From contig CAXXLZ010000002.1 of NCBI GenBank assembly GCA_963675595.2, positions 864,001 to 928,000 of the forward strand: a stretch of 64,000 bases of DNA, in the 5' to 3' direction. Shown here in pieces: positions 39,703 to 48,608 of the stretch. A program made the translations under genes and the position numbers. This stretch comes from Thermodesulfobacteriota bacterium. GTDB lineage: Bacteria; Desulfobacterota; Desulfarculia; JACQYL01. The notes under the pieces were generated by a model, which had not been told where the DNA came from, searched no databases, and saw nothing but the letters and a program-made list of their open reading frames with translations. Position 1 is the stretch's first letter, and every line of letters starts with the position of its first letter.

Positions 39703-40122
39703 TCACAAATAATGAAACAACCCCCGGTCCTTCTTCTCCTGCATCGCGCCTTTGCGCTCTCTGGCCGACGCCGCAATGCCGGCGAGCTTCTCCAATGACT
39801 TCCCGAATCTGCTCGAAAAGACCCACCCCTCGCGATAACCGTGCCGTTTGTTGAAACGGGAGACATGATCAATGAGCCCCATACGCCGCATTTTGCTTCG
39901 GACGGTTTCGAGGATTCTCGGTGAGAAATCGTATTTGTCGCACAACGGCTGAAGAGTGTTCAAGAATTCATGTTCAGCGTACTTGAGTTCGATGAAGATT
40001 GCGAGAAAAACTCGCTGATGATTTCTATTGCCGGGAAATAGAATGGCCGCGAGTTCGTCCAGGTCCCGAGTCCTCGCGATCTTGTTATGGCTGAGTTCGA
40101 TTTTTGTGTTGACGATTGCGCA
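39703..40122 (-). CDS. Hypothetical winged-helix-like protein; start anomalous (open frame extends 53 codons upstream of the tracked ORF)
   Basis: Frame reads CAIVNTKIELSHNKIARTRDLDELAAILFPGNRNHQRVFLAIFIELKYAEHEFLNTLQPL...; the nearest ATG is one base out of frame. Confidence 0.6.
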   Translation of the reverse strand, partial: CAIVNTKIELSHNKIARTRDLDELAAILFPGNRNHQRVFLAIFIELKYAEHEFLNTLQPLCDKYDFSPRILETVRSKMRRMGLIDHVSRFNKRHGYREGWVFSSRFGKSLEKLAGIAASARERKGAMQEKKDRGLFHYL

Positions 40123-40494
40123 TCACCTCGACCGGGCCAAGTGCCGGAGAACGACCGGCTTACCGTAACCATTCTCTTTCAGGGCTTTCTTCCTCAGTTC
40201 GACTCGTTGTGTTGCGATCTCAAGAGCCATCGTCCTGAGTTCTGTCCCCAATAGGCTCTCCACCCAATAGATGGTGGTGTATGCAGAAACGTAGATATCT
40301 CCGAGCAGTCTCTGAAATCTCCACCTGATTCCCTGGCGCGTTAATCCAAAAATCCGTTCGATCTTGTCGCCGTAATTTCTGCGCAAAACGAAACGCTTCA
40401 GGCCGTCCTCCTTCAGCTCAATCCTGAGCTCTCTGTCATCGATCAACATCTTGAGCTTTTCAATAAATTCCTTGTCCTTTTCAGTCAGTTTCAT
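40123..40494 (-). CDS. Hypothetical HTH-like protein
   Basis: IERIFGLTRQGIRWRF HTH-like segment; overlaps the upstream gene. Confidence 0.65.
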   Translation of the reverse strand: MKLTEKDKEFIEKLKMLIDDRELRIELKEDGLKRFVLRRNYGDKIERIFGLTRQGIRWRFQRLLGDIYVSAYTTIYWVESLLGTELRTMALEIATQRVELRKKALKENGYGKPVVLRHLARSR

Positions 40495-41293
40495 TGTAGG
40501 GCGGCTCGATTTCGATATCCGAGCCGTATTGGGTAACCTGCACTTCGCAATCCTGAAGCAGAAAAATCAGAGCGACAAATCGCATCGCACGATCTCTTCG
40601 GGCATCATTGATCAGGGGATCAATCCTGGAAAACATGATTTGTCGATACATGTGAACCGAATCCAGGATATGGTGTCTGTACCGGGACAGCCCCGGAAGA
40701 TTCCCAGTCAGTGAAAACTCCTCACCCCAAACTCCCGCCCCAAAGCCGATGAAGCCCGACAATGCTTCAGTAAAGCCAGGCAAACGATCAACCTGAGGTT
40801 CCTCCAGTAACGTCAACCCGCGCGACCGCTCTTCTCGACGGGCGAGCCTCATCACCTCTCTTCGCCTTCTTGCCTTGGCTCTGGACTCGGCCATTCGTTG
40901 CCGGAAATAGGCTCGGTCGAAGACCCGTTCATCGAACAAGAACCGGGACGGCACGGTCTTCCCACAAGAAGCGCACGCATAATGAAAACTCCGCCTGACC
41001 AGCTTTGCTTCGCAACAGCCGCTCCTTTGAAACACCACTGCGGGGTCGAGTTCATGGCCGCTCAGACAAATGGCCAGACCTGCCTCCAGCATCCGAAGTT
41101 TTTGACCGCATAGATGACACGCAAAGCCGGAAAGCATGACATCGAAGTAGTAGCAACGGGCCTCCGCCTTCAATTGGACGACAGCCGCAACAAACAAAGC
41201 GACCGTCCTGCCGAAGCTTTCCTCTGGCTCCGGAGGAACAGGAACCGGCATCCAATTGTCGCTGCAATGTCCTGGAAGACTTTCGATTTCCAT
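40481..41293 (-). CDS. Zn-finger protein with ScpA-like C-terminal winged-helix motif
   Basis: CHLC, C..GH, CC and CASC motifs; ends FVALIFLLQDCEVQVTQYGSDIEI. Start placed at ATG 41293, 30 nt below a TATA-like box. Confidence 0.65.
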   Translation of the reverse strand: MEIESLPGHCSDNWMPVPVPPEPEESFGRTVALFVAAVVQLKAEARCYYFDVMLSGFACHLCGQKLRMLEAGLAICLSGHELDPAVVFQRSGCCEAKLVRRSFHYACASCGKTVPSRFLFDERVFDRAYFRQRMAESRAKARRRREVMRLARREERSRGLTLLEEPQVDRLPGFTEALSGFIGFGAGVWGEEFSLTGNLPGLSRYRHHILDSVHMYRQIMFSRIDPLINDARRDRAMRFVALIFLLQDCEVQVTQYGSDIEIEPPYNETD

Positions 41294-41315
41294 CCATGAA
41301 AGAAACCAAGACCGG

Positions 41316-41364
41316 CATATAAACCTTTCTTTCAAAACCCGCAGAGGAAAGAAAAGTTTATATA
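41316..41364. promoter_or_regulatory. Back-to-back BRE/TATA-like motifs: GAAAGAAAGGTTTATATG (-) and GAAAGAAAAGTTTATATA (+)
   Basis: 18-nt inverted pair (16/18 identical) facing the divergent genes starting at 41293 (-) and 41399 (+). Confidence 0.6.
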
Positions 41365-41398
41365 CACCAGGGCCTTACCAAGTCCCGAGGTGATACCG

Positions 41399-41542
41399 AT
41401 GCCAAGACCCTATAAATGCCCGTACTGCGGCGCAACTCAAAGCCACTGGAAAGGATACAGGCCCCTTGTCCAGGGAAAAGTCAGACTCCGGATGTGCACC
41501 AAGTGCCACCGGAAGTTCACGACTCGGGTTAAGATCGAATAA
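41399..41542 (+). CDS. 47-aa Zn-ribbon protein missing from the ORF track (MPRPYKCPYCGATQSHWKGYRPLVQGKVRLRMCTKCHRKFTTRVKIE)
   Basis: CPYC...CTKC; RBS GAGGTGA; translated by hand. Confidence 0.75.
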   Translation: MPRPYKCPYCGATQSHWKGYRPLVQGKVRLRMCTKCHRKFTTRVKIE

Positions 41543-41557
41543 CCACTGGACGGAACT

Positions 41558-42826
41558 TCAATGAAGACCGCCGAACGGCCCGGCCCCGAATCCTTCCCTC
41601 GTCAGGAATCGGTTGAGGGTTTCCTTGGGAAGCGACCTCGAGATTTCTCTTGTCTGGCCGTATCTGCCGCGTGATATCAGCCTGGCGTTGATCAGGCCAT
41701 AAAGGTCCAGGGAACCAATGATGTCCGAGAACCTCCGTTGCGTCAGCGGCCTGACCCGTTCCAACTCGCAGAAATTGGCGTATCGATCATAGGCCTCGCC
41801 TGTAGTGACCCGTTTCGAAGTCTTGGCCAACAGATCGTAGCAGGAAAGAAGCGCAAGTTTTTGCTGCGGAGCGAGAGCCCGAACCATCTCCTCGGTCTTG
41901 TCCATCTCCAATCTGTGCTCAGCCAAATCCACGATTTCTTCGGACAGCCTGCCGCCGGTTTCCTGTGCCACCTTGGCCGACTTTGATAGAAGTTCCACCG
42001 CCTTTCTCGCATCACCGGTTTCCCGCGACGCCAATGCCGCGATCTTTCGGACAGCAGCCACGTCCACCTTTGACTTGTCCAATGCCTTTTCCACTCGAAG
42101 ATTCAGAATTTCTATCAAATCCAAGGCGTTATAAGGTTCAAAGAGCATGTCCGTTTTCTTGAGAACGCTCAGAATCCGAGGGTCCAGCATCTTGTCCCAG
42201 TTCAGTTTGTTCGTAACCATGATGAGAACCAACCGGCAGGGAATCTTTCTCGGAAGGGTTTTCCCAAGGAAGGTAATAAACTCGTCCGCATTGGGCTTGA
42301 TATTATCCGCCTCATCAATGAGAAGGCACAAGAAACCCTGGAACCGGTTCAGCTCTTCGATGATCCGTTCCTGCATCTGATCGATGGGAATGCCTTTCCT
42401 GTAGGTGCGAATCGAATCATTGAGGGCTCTCGCAAGCTCGTTCAACGCTCCGAAAGAAGACCTGGGCGAGGTCAAGTCCACGTATCTGTACTGAAACCCG
42501 ACAGACTGGGTTCGACAGTATTCCTGAAACGTCGAAAGCACGTGAATGAGGGAAACCGTTTTCCCTGAACCCGTAGGCCCGAAGACCAGCAAAGAACTCG
42601 GATGATCGCCGTCCAGGATCGGAGTCAGATGACAGACGATGCGTTTCAGCTGCTCCTCCCGGATATTTCGATCAAAAATCTCTTTCAGAACAGAAGTCCG
42701 CTCTTCCTCAGGCAACTTCTCGTCGTCGAGATAGTTGGGGTTCAGAATAAGACGATGATTCTTCTGCGAGTCATGCAATGAGCGGATGAATTGCAAGGAA
42801 GCTTCGGAATGATCTCCACCGGACAT
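41558..42826 (-). CDS. cdc6: Orc1/Cdc6-family replication initiator (AAA+ and C-terminal winged helix)
   Basis: REEQLKRI, LLVFGPTGSGKT, LIDEADNI, LDPRILS, FEPYNALDLIEILNLR, GDARKAVELL, TTGEAYDRY..FC, LTQRRFSDII..LDLYGLINA...SRGRYGQTREI. Confidence 0.92.
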   Translation of the reverse strand: MSGGDHSEASLQFIRSLHDSQKNHRLILNPNYLDDEKLPEEERTSVLKEIFDRNIREEQLKRIVCHLTPILDGDHPSSLLVFGPTGSGKTVSLIHVLSTFQEYCRTQSVGFQYRYVDLTSPRSSFGALNELARALNDSIRTYRKGIPIDQMQERIIEELNRFQGFLCLLIDEADNIKPNADEFITFLGKTLPRKIPCRLVLIMVTNKLNWDKMLDPRILSVLKKTDMLFEPYNALDLIEILNLRVEKALDKSKVDVAAVRKIAALASRETGDARKAVELLSKSAKVAQETGGRLSEEIVDLAEHRLEMDKTEEMVRALAPQQKLALLSCYDLLAKTSKRVTTGEAYDRYANFCELERVRPLTQRRFSDIIGSLDLYGLINARLISRGRYGQTREISRSLPKETLNRFLTREGFGAGPFGGLH

Positions 42827-42853
42827 TTTCAAACGATTCTTCTACAGGACATC

Positions 42854-42869
42854 TATAAATAGTTTTCGG
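42854..42869 (-). promoter_or_regulatory. BRE/TATA-like motif CCGAAAACTATTTATA upstream of cdc6
   Basis: Identical to 15631-15646; TTTATA starts 33 nt before ATG 42826. Confidence 0.55.
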
Positions 42870-42920
42870 TCCAGAATCCTGTCGTCACCTGACAGTTAAC
42901 CGGATGTTAAGTGTGGGAAA

Positions 42921-43275
42921 GTTTCTAGTGGAACTTTAAGTTTCAGTTTTTAGTGATGTTTTCTTTTCCTTATTATTATTTATTTCTATATAGAAACTAT
43001 ATAATATAATATCAAAGCCGCGAAAATATAGAAAAGTTTTTAAATGCGAATACTTCAGAATAGTAACAAGAAACAAAAATAACACACCCAACAAAAGGTT
43101 TTCAAGTTTTCCACGCGACATTTACACACACTCAAAATGATGATTTTGGACTACTATTGAGTGACAACGTGGAGGCCATGACGTCTCTCAAAGACCTCGA
43201 TCACCGACGGTATTTCAAGAAAACCCGAAACAATCGGCCATTCGACAGTACAAGAGCAACCTTTCCACCGGAAAT
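42921..43275. other. Putative archaeal-type replication origin: AT-rich unwinding element flanked by ORB-like boxes
   Basis: GTTTCTAGTGGAAC (42921-42934), palindrome TTTCTATATAGAAA (42983-42996), TTTCCACCGGAAAT (43262-43275); very AT-rich 42935-43145; directly upstream of cdc6. Confidence 0.6.
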
Positions 43276-43343
43276 TTACTCGGGTTCCCGAAGCCGGTTG
43301 ACGTCAATCCATCCATTCCTCCGAGCAAATTCCCGAAACCAAC

Positions 43344-43847
43344 CTACATCTCATCCCAGTCGATATACTGAGCCGGACTTTCTCCGACCCTTTCGACGAT
43401 CTTGGGATATTTTTCTCCAGGAGCCGCCTCTCCGATCCTAATCACCCGGATTTCGTGCCACCAATCGTCACCGAAATCGAACCAGTAGAAAAAGTAATCG
43501 CCCTCTTTCAGGTTCAGAGAGCCGATTTTGGTTTTTGAAACGTCGCCTGCCGGCGGAGGAGTTCCCAACGGATATTCCTTCATTTCGGTGGACAGCACAT
43601 ATCTCGCCGCCTCGGGATCCCGCGGTATTTTGGAGAGCTGAAACTCGTAAAGATGCTCGTCTTCACGATCGAAGGCTCTGAAGATCGCCCGGTGAAGCTG
43701 CTCCAGGGTATGCTTTCCCCTGATTTGAATGACTCGGGATACCGCCGGGTTCTTTGCGATGAAGGTCTTGCTCATGGGTCCGTTTGCAATCGAGACCTTC
43801 AAAGTGTGCAGATTCCTCGCCCGCTTTCCTCCGGAACTCGCCGCCAT
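43344..43847 (-). CDS. pRiA4b ORF-3-like family protein
   Basis: SRVIQIRG..TLEQLHRAIFRAF..EDEHLYEF and FFYWFDFGDDWWHEIRV. Confidence 0.85.
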   Translation of the reverse strand: MAASSGGKRARNLHTLKVSIANGPMSKTFIAKNPAVSRVIQIRGKHTLEQLHRAIFRAFDREDEHLYEFQLSKIPRDPEAARYVLSTEMKEYPLGTPPPAGDVSKTKIGSLNLKEGDYFFYWFDFGDDWWHEIRVIRIGEAAPGEKYPKIVERVGESPAQYIDWDEM

Positions 43848-43947
43848 CCATTTCCTCCTTTCTGATCCGGACATCAAAAAGCTTATAAAGGAATGAACTT
43901 ATCGGTATCCAACGGAATCGGCAAGAACCGATTCGGAGGTGCACACC

Positions 43948-44391
43948 ATGGCAATGGAAACAAATTCGGCCACATCCGGCACACCGTCAAGCGGCTGTCC
44001 CACTTGGGACGGCATGGGCATATCCGGTGATCTGCCGCCCTTTTTCAAGCCCACCGAAGACATGAAACGAAACGGCTTCGAAGTGATCTTTCTGTCCGAC
44101 GGCCCCAGGAAAGAGACCGAGAACAACTTCGACAAGAACTCGAAAGACCTCTGGTTCGATATCTCCTACCAGGACAAGGAAATGACCTGGACCATCAGCC
44201 AGATCAGCCTGCTTTCCGAATTGAAGAAGCATTCACCGCTGAAGAAGAAGACCCTCAGGATTCGCCTTGTTCCGGTGACAGAGGAATTCAGGAAAAAGCG
44301 GCCGAAGTACAGAGGCAGCGAGCGATACCAGGTTGAAGAAATCCGAGAGAACCGATTCGACAAGATCGACGTGGAAGAACTGACGGTATAG
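43948..44391 (+). CDS. Hypothetical protein, possibly a beta-rich ssDNA-binding protein
   Basis: RBS GGAGGTG; aromatic/basic beta-strand pattern and acidic tail; TATA-like CAAAAAGCTTATAAAG at 43875-43890. Confidence 0.65.
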   Translation: MAMETNSATSGTPSSGCPTWDGMGISGDLPPFFKPTEDMKRNGFEVIFLSDGPRKETENNFDKNSKDLWFDISYQDKEMTWTISQISLLSELKKHSPLKKKTLRIRLVPVTEEFRKKRPKYRGSERYQVEEIRENRFDKIDVEELTV

Positions 44392-44531
44392 ATATTCTTT
44401 CTTCTTTTTTGTTTCAGCCGATCGGAGAGCAAACGCCCGAGACACACTCAGCGGGGAACCGGAAAGAACGACGGTCTGAACCGCCGACAGAACGAAAGCA
44501 GGCTGCAATCTCAGGGGACTTTATCTGAAGC

Positions 44532-45251
44532 TCAGCCCAAGGTCGTGAGACCATGGAGAAGCGCGTATTTGGTCAACTGGGACATTCGCCTGGTTTTCAG
44601 CTTCTTCACAATATTTCTGCGGTGATTTTCCACCGTATTCACGCTGACACAGAGTACGTTCGCCATCTCCGCACTGGTCTTCCCCTCGGTCATACCCTGG
44701 AGAATTTCCTTTTCTCTCGGGGTCAACGAAGGAAGCGACCGGTGTCCGTTTCCATTTCCGAGCGCAAGAGCTTGAAACGCCTCAGTCATCGTTTCAGCGG
44801 ATTTGCGGCAGAGATACATTCGGCCTTCGAGCACCGATCGGACAGCCGCGACCAGCTCATGCAATCCGCTTTGACTGAGCACATACCCCATGGCCCCGGC
44901 AACGAGCATCTTGAACATGGGGTCCCATTCCGAATCCGGCGCGAGTCCAACCACCCGGGTTTTTCGAAACCGATGCGTGATTTGGCGCGCGGTCTCGATA
45001 CCGTTCAAACCCTTCATGGAAGTGTTCACGATCACCACGTCCGAGGGCGTATTGGACAGCAGTTTAAGTGCTTCATGACCGTCCAAAGCTTCGCCCGAAA
45101 CCTCGAAATCAGGAACAGAGCCCATCGCGTGCCGCAAACCATCGAGAATCAGCCTTTGATTATCCACCAAAAAGATTCGCTTCTCGAACCGCTCAACCGC
45201 TTCACCCTCTTCGGTTCGCTCCACGATCGCCCCCCGCAACAGACGATACAC
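44532..45251 (-). CDS. NarL/LuxR-family response regulator with atypical receiver domain (start uncertain)
   Basis: LTPREKEIL...GKTSAEMA..L.VSVNTVENHRRNIVKKL; receiver has VIVN in place of the phospho-Asp. Confidence 0.88.
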   Translation of the reverse strand: MYRLLRGAIVERTEEGEAVERFEKRIFLVDNQRLILDGLRHAMGSVPDFEVSGEALDGHEALKLLSNTPSDVVIVNTSMKGLNGIETARQITHRFRKTRVVGLAPDSEWDPMFKMLVAGAMGYVLSQSGLHELVAAVRSVLEGRMYLCRKSAETMTEAFQALALGNGNGHRSLPSLTPREKEILQGMTEGKTSAEMANVLCVSVNTVENHRRNIVKKLKTRRMSQLTKYALLHGLTTLG

Positions 45252-45700
45252 TTCAGGATTGGATGCCCTGAAAACGAAAACCGGATATCACAATAGAAAA
45301 ATGTCACATTTCGGAGCTTGAATGATATAAAACTCTGAGACCTTGAACAATCGTAATAATCATGATTTTTCATCATGGATTTCATGATTTTGATCTGTGG
45401 AAATCGCTAGACGAACTAATGGATTTTATGATTCAACGCAGAAAGAAATGGAGGGACGAAAACCTGTGGTGGGACTATTCTATTGATATTATTTAAGATT
45501 CTTCTCGACCTGCGTCCGACGACCATGACCCCGAAAAGACCAACCCCAGGCTCCGTTTTCAATGGCCACGGCTGGCCACCATTTGATGTCTTCATCTACT
45601 CAACTCAACCACATCAAACGTGTCGCAAACGTGGAAAGCAATCTCACTCCCGCCGCTTTCTAACCCTCTGGAACCGGCAGGCAGGAACTCCTTCGGCACC

Positions 45701-46300
45701 TCATTTTACTTCTTTTTGGGAAAGCCTGATCGTTCGAGTAACCGTCTCGTGGGTATCATGGGAGATTCTTCCGTCGGCAAGCATCTCGTCGGCAAGGTCT
45801 TGTGCAGCGGCAAGATCAAGACGCCCGTCTTCAAGCCGGTCCCGAAGCTCGTCCTTCATTTCCATGGCCTTTCCATCACGTCGTTTCAATATCTGATGAT
45901 CCTCGGAAAGATCGATCAGCTGATCCATCGAAAGGCCCACGGAATCCAGATCTTCTTCGAACTGCTCTCTTCCCTTCTCGGAGAGATAGCGATGAAATTT
46001 GTCTTCCCATTCCGGCTGTGAGATGAATCCTTTGTCGTAAAGGTCATCGTACACTTCGAACTTCCGATCGGCGGTCAGCTCCTCGGCGTCCACAGGCTCT
46101 TCCGGATCAGTTTCGAAGGACAACAACTCCTTCCCCGCCTCCATGAACCAATCCATGAGGCCCTCCGATTTCGGATCCTCCTCAACAGAATCACAATCGA
46201 ATTCCTCTTCCCCTCGTTCCCAATCCTTTCTCACGGCAAACCTCCCTTTTCCAATAGAAGTGCTCGGAAAGAAATTTTCGTGTTTTGATTTTTTTCCCAC
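45701..46300 (-). CDS. Hypothetical acidic protein
   Basis: 199-aa D/E-rich ORF. Confidence 0.55.
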   Translation of the reverse strand: MGKKSKHENFFPSTSIGKGRFAVRKDWERGEEEFDCDSVEEDPKSEGLMDWFMEAGKELLSFETDPEEPVDAEELTADRKFEVYDDLYDKGFISQPEWEDKFHRYLSEKGREQFEEDLDSVGLSMDQLIDLSEDHQILKRRDGKAMEMKDELRDRLEDGRLDLAAAQDLADEMLADGRISHDTHETVTRTIRLSQKEVK

Positions 46301-46371
46301 ACGTTTTCGATCGAGGGATCACTGGAGGAGTAAGGCAGGACGAAAACCACCCCAAACAAAAGGAGAAAGCC

Positions 46372-46623
46372 ATGAGATTTTCACGTCACCCCTTCACAGG
46401 AACGCTTCAGGTGAACTTCGGGCTTCCGCTTAGAAGAGACCATTTCAACCTGATTCACGATGTCAACGGAACAACCGTCGGCAGAATCGACCCCTGCGGC
46501 TTGGTCAAGGATCGCCTCGACAGAACCGTGGGGCACTACGACATTTTCAAAACTGAGGATTACTGCCCCTGCTGCGGGAAGCTGTCGAAGCTTTGCCGGT
46601 GTCATGGCCACGGCATGAGATAA
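46372..46623 (+). CDS. Small hypothetical protein with Cys/His-rich C-terminus
   Basis: RBS AAGGAG; CPCC..LCRCHGH; followed by hairpin GAGCCCC-TTCG-GGGGCTC. Confidence 0.6.
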   Translation: MRFSRHPFTGTLQVNFGLPLRRDHFNLIHDVNGTTVGRIDPCGLVKDRLDRTVGHYDIFKTEDYCPCCGKLSKLCRCHGHGMR

Positions 46624-47026
46624 CCGCTCCCTTACCGAGCCCCTTCGGGGGCTCATCTTCATTTCCTTCCAGCCAAAACGCGCACGTCCTCTGGCCGCTC
46701 CCCAAGATACAGCCCGCCTCATAAAAATTAGTGGGGAAACAGAGCAAATCGTGCTGCGCCGGTAATTGCACAACGATCATTCCTCCTCCGACGACAATTG
46801 GAATTCAGGAAGGTCTCCACCCTTGCTCGCAGGCCGGCGTTCTGCTCGATCCGGTCGGTGCAAGGAATTCCGCTCCGAACTCGGCCTGCACCAGAACAAA
46901 TGGCCGTTACCTCGCTCCCGTTGGCGCCACCAGTTCGAAAGGGTCTCATCCTCCTCAAAAGGATGCGTAATCCGAAGTTCCAGTTTCATGGCTCTCAAAC
47001 CGGCACGGTGGTATTTAAACCTGTCG

Positions 47027-47055
47027 AAAAGAGGGCTCTTCGAGAGCCCTCTTCC
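47027..47055 (-). terminator. Terminator ending the AAA operon
   Basis: AAGAGGGCTC-TCGAA-GAGCCCTCTT followed by T residues on the minus strand. Confidence 0.65.
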
Positions 47056-47064
47056 AAATTTTGA

Positions 47065-47937
47065 TCAATCCATAACGATCTTTCGCCGCGGCTGGTTCAT
47101 TAGTTCCCTCACTTGGTCATTCACGGAAGTCATCGCTTCGCGAATCCGGTTCTTGAGGTAACCGCTTTCACGAATGGACTCAGGCGACCTTCCGTCGAGC
47201 ACCGATTCCGCCTGCTCCACGAGTTCAGCCAACCCATTGTCGTCGAACACGTTTCGTTGCTTGAAGTGTTCGAAGAACTCATAGAAATTCGTCACCGTCG
47301 ATCCTTTGAACTTCTTTGCTTCACCGTCCGGCCCGAGACCGAATCGCTCGCAGATATGCCCCACAAGATCGGCGAACTCCTCCCGAAGACACTGCACCGC
47401 AAGCTCCCTGGCCTCTTCCATGGTTTGGATGAACTTCAGTTTCTCTCGCTCATACACTTCCGGCGCCAATAGACCGAACCTGCCGTTGGGGACATCAAGA
47501 GCTACAAACCGCCACTCAAACGAAAACCGCCTATGAATATCCACGGGGTAGTCCTGCTCATTGAACAGGTCACCGAGATAGGCAATGGCCGAGTCCCTGA
47601 GCGCCGGATACCGTGAGGCAAAATCGTTTACGAGGTAACCGAACTCAGATTGAAGCTCCCGCAACTTCTCGTCCACCTCGGTGATCAAGTCTTTCGGCAC
47701 GAACATCATGCCGTGGATGGGAAAGGGCAGACTGACCGATGTGAGGTAGAGCCGGGAATTACCGGCCAACTTTGCAATGGGTTTCAGGCTTTCCGGATCC
47801 ACGAGCTTTTTTGTTGCATGGAGCCATTCGTGGTTCGTGGTCATTTGAGCGAGTTTTCCCTGCTCGATCTTTCTTCTCGCTCCCCACATGCTGATGGAGA
47901 GTTGCACCAGGCATCCTTTTTCGAAGATGTTTTCCAT
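47065..47937 (-). CDS. DUF3150-like mobile-element protein
   Basis: LVQLSISMWGARRK, KKLVDPESLKPI, SLPFPIHGMMFVP; usual neighbour of the AAA/DUF1257/DUF2997 module. Confidence 0.6.
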   Translation of the reverse strand: MENIFEKGCLVQLSISMWGARRKIEQGKLAQMTTNHEWLHATKKLVDPESLKPIAKLAGNSRLYLTSVSLPFPIHGMMFVPKDLITEVDEKLRELQSEFGYLVNDFASRYPALRDSAIAYLGDLFNEQDYPVDIHRRFSFEWRFVALDVPNGRFGLLAPEVYEREKLKFIQTMEEARELAVQCLREEFADLVGHICERFGLGPDGEAKKFKGSTVTNFYEFFEHFKQRNVFDDNGLAELVEQAESVLDGRSPESIRESGYLKNRIREAMTSVNDQVRELMNQPRRKIVMD

Positions 47938-48029
47938 CGCCGTCTCCTTTCAGAAAAAAGAAAACCCCGATCTCCGAGTAACGGAAACCGGGGCATGCGT
48001 TGATTCGTGGTTGCAGTGTCGCGGAAGGT

Positions 48030-48230
48030 TCAGCCGCAAAGCGGCAGATACTTCTTCACCGCTTCTTTCTCCTCCTCGTAGTACGCTGGAGTCAGGCTTT
48101 GGGCGGTTTCTCTTCCAAGCAAATCCTTCAGGAATTTCGATTCCTCGATACAAGCCTTGCCCTTGAACCCTCTGGTTTCGAGCTTGATCTCGCCATCCAT
48201 GGACACTTCCACAATGATTTCCTTCATCAC
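48030..48230 (-). CDS. DUF2997-family protein
   Basis: IIVEVSMDGEIKLETRGFKGKACIEESKFLKDLLG. Confidence 0.8.
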   Translation of the reverse strand: MMKEIIVEVSMDGEIKLETRGFKGKACIEESKFLKDLLGRETAQSLTPAYYEEEKEAVKKYLPLCG

Positions 48231-48236
48231 AGCCTC

Positions 48237-48608
48237 CTACATCCGGACGTGGAGCCGGATTGCATTTTCGGTTTTCTTTTCGATCACCGTGTAGCCTTTA
48301 CGCCGAGCTTCGATCCGGGTCTTCTCCACCGCATAGGCCTGCTTCAACAGTCCTCCGTTTACGCCGATTGCTTTTTCCACGTTAGGGTCGTAGAAGTCGC
48401 ACTGAAGTTCATACCTGTCATCCATCCTCTGAACGCCGATTTCATAATCCGCACCGGGCAATCGAATGGCATGCTCGCACGCTGCGTTGTTTCCGTACCA
48501 CCGGAACTCTTTCCTGCCTTCGAGGAAAATCAGACCCAGCCGATTACACGCAGACTTCAGGACAGCGAGGTCCTTTACTTCGAGTTCGATTTTGACGATA
48601 TGACTCAT
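48237..48608 (-). CDS. DUF1257 (Ycf35-like) protein
   Basis: MSHIVKIELEVKDLAVLKSACNRLG...YEIGV...LKQAYA. Confidence 0.8.
   Translation of the reverse strand: MSHIVKIELEVKDLAVLKSACNRLGLIFLEGRKEFRWYGNNAACEHAIRLPGADYEIGVQRMDDRYELQCDFYDPNVEKAIGVNGGLLKQAYAVEKTRIEARRKGYTVIEKKTENAIRLHVRM

Noticed and set aside
42936-43121. 61-aa hydrophobic ORF
   Set aside because: Low-complexity translation of the AT-rich putative origin.
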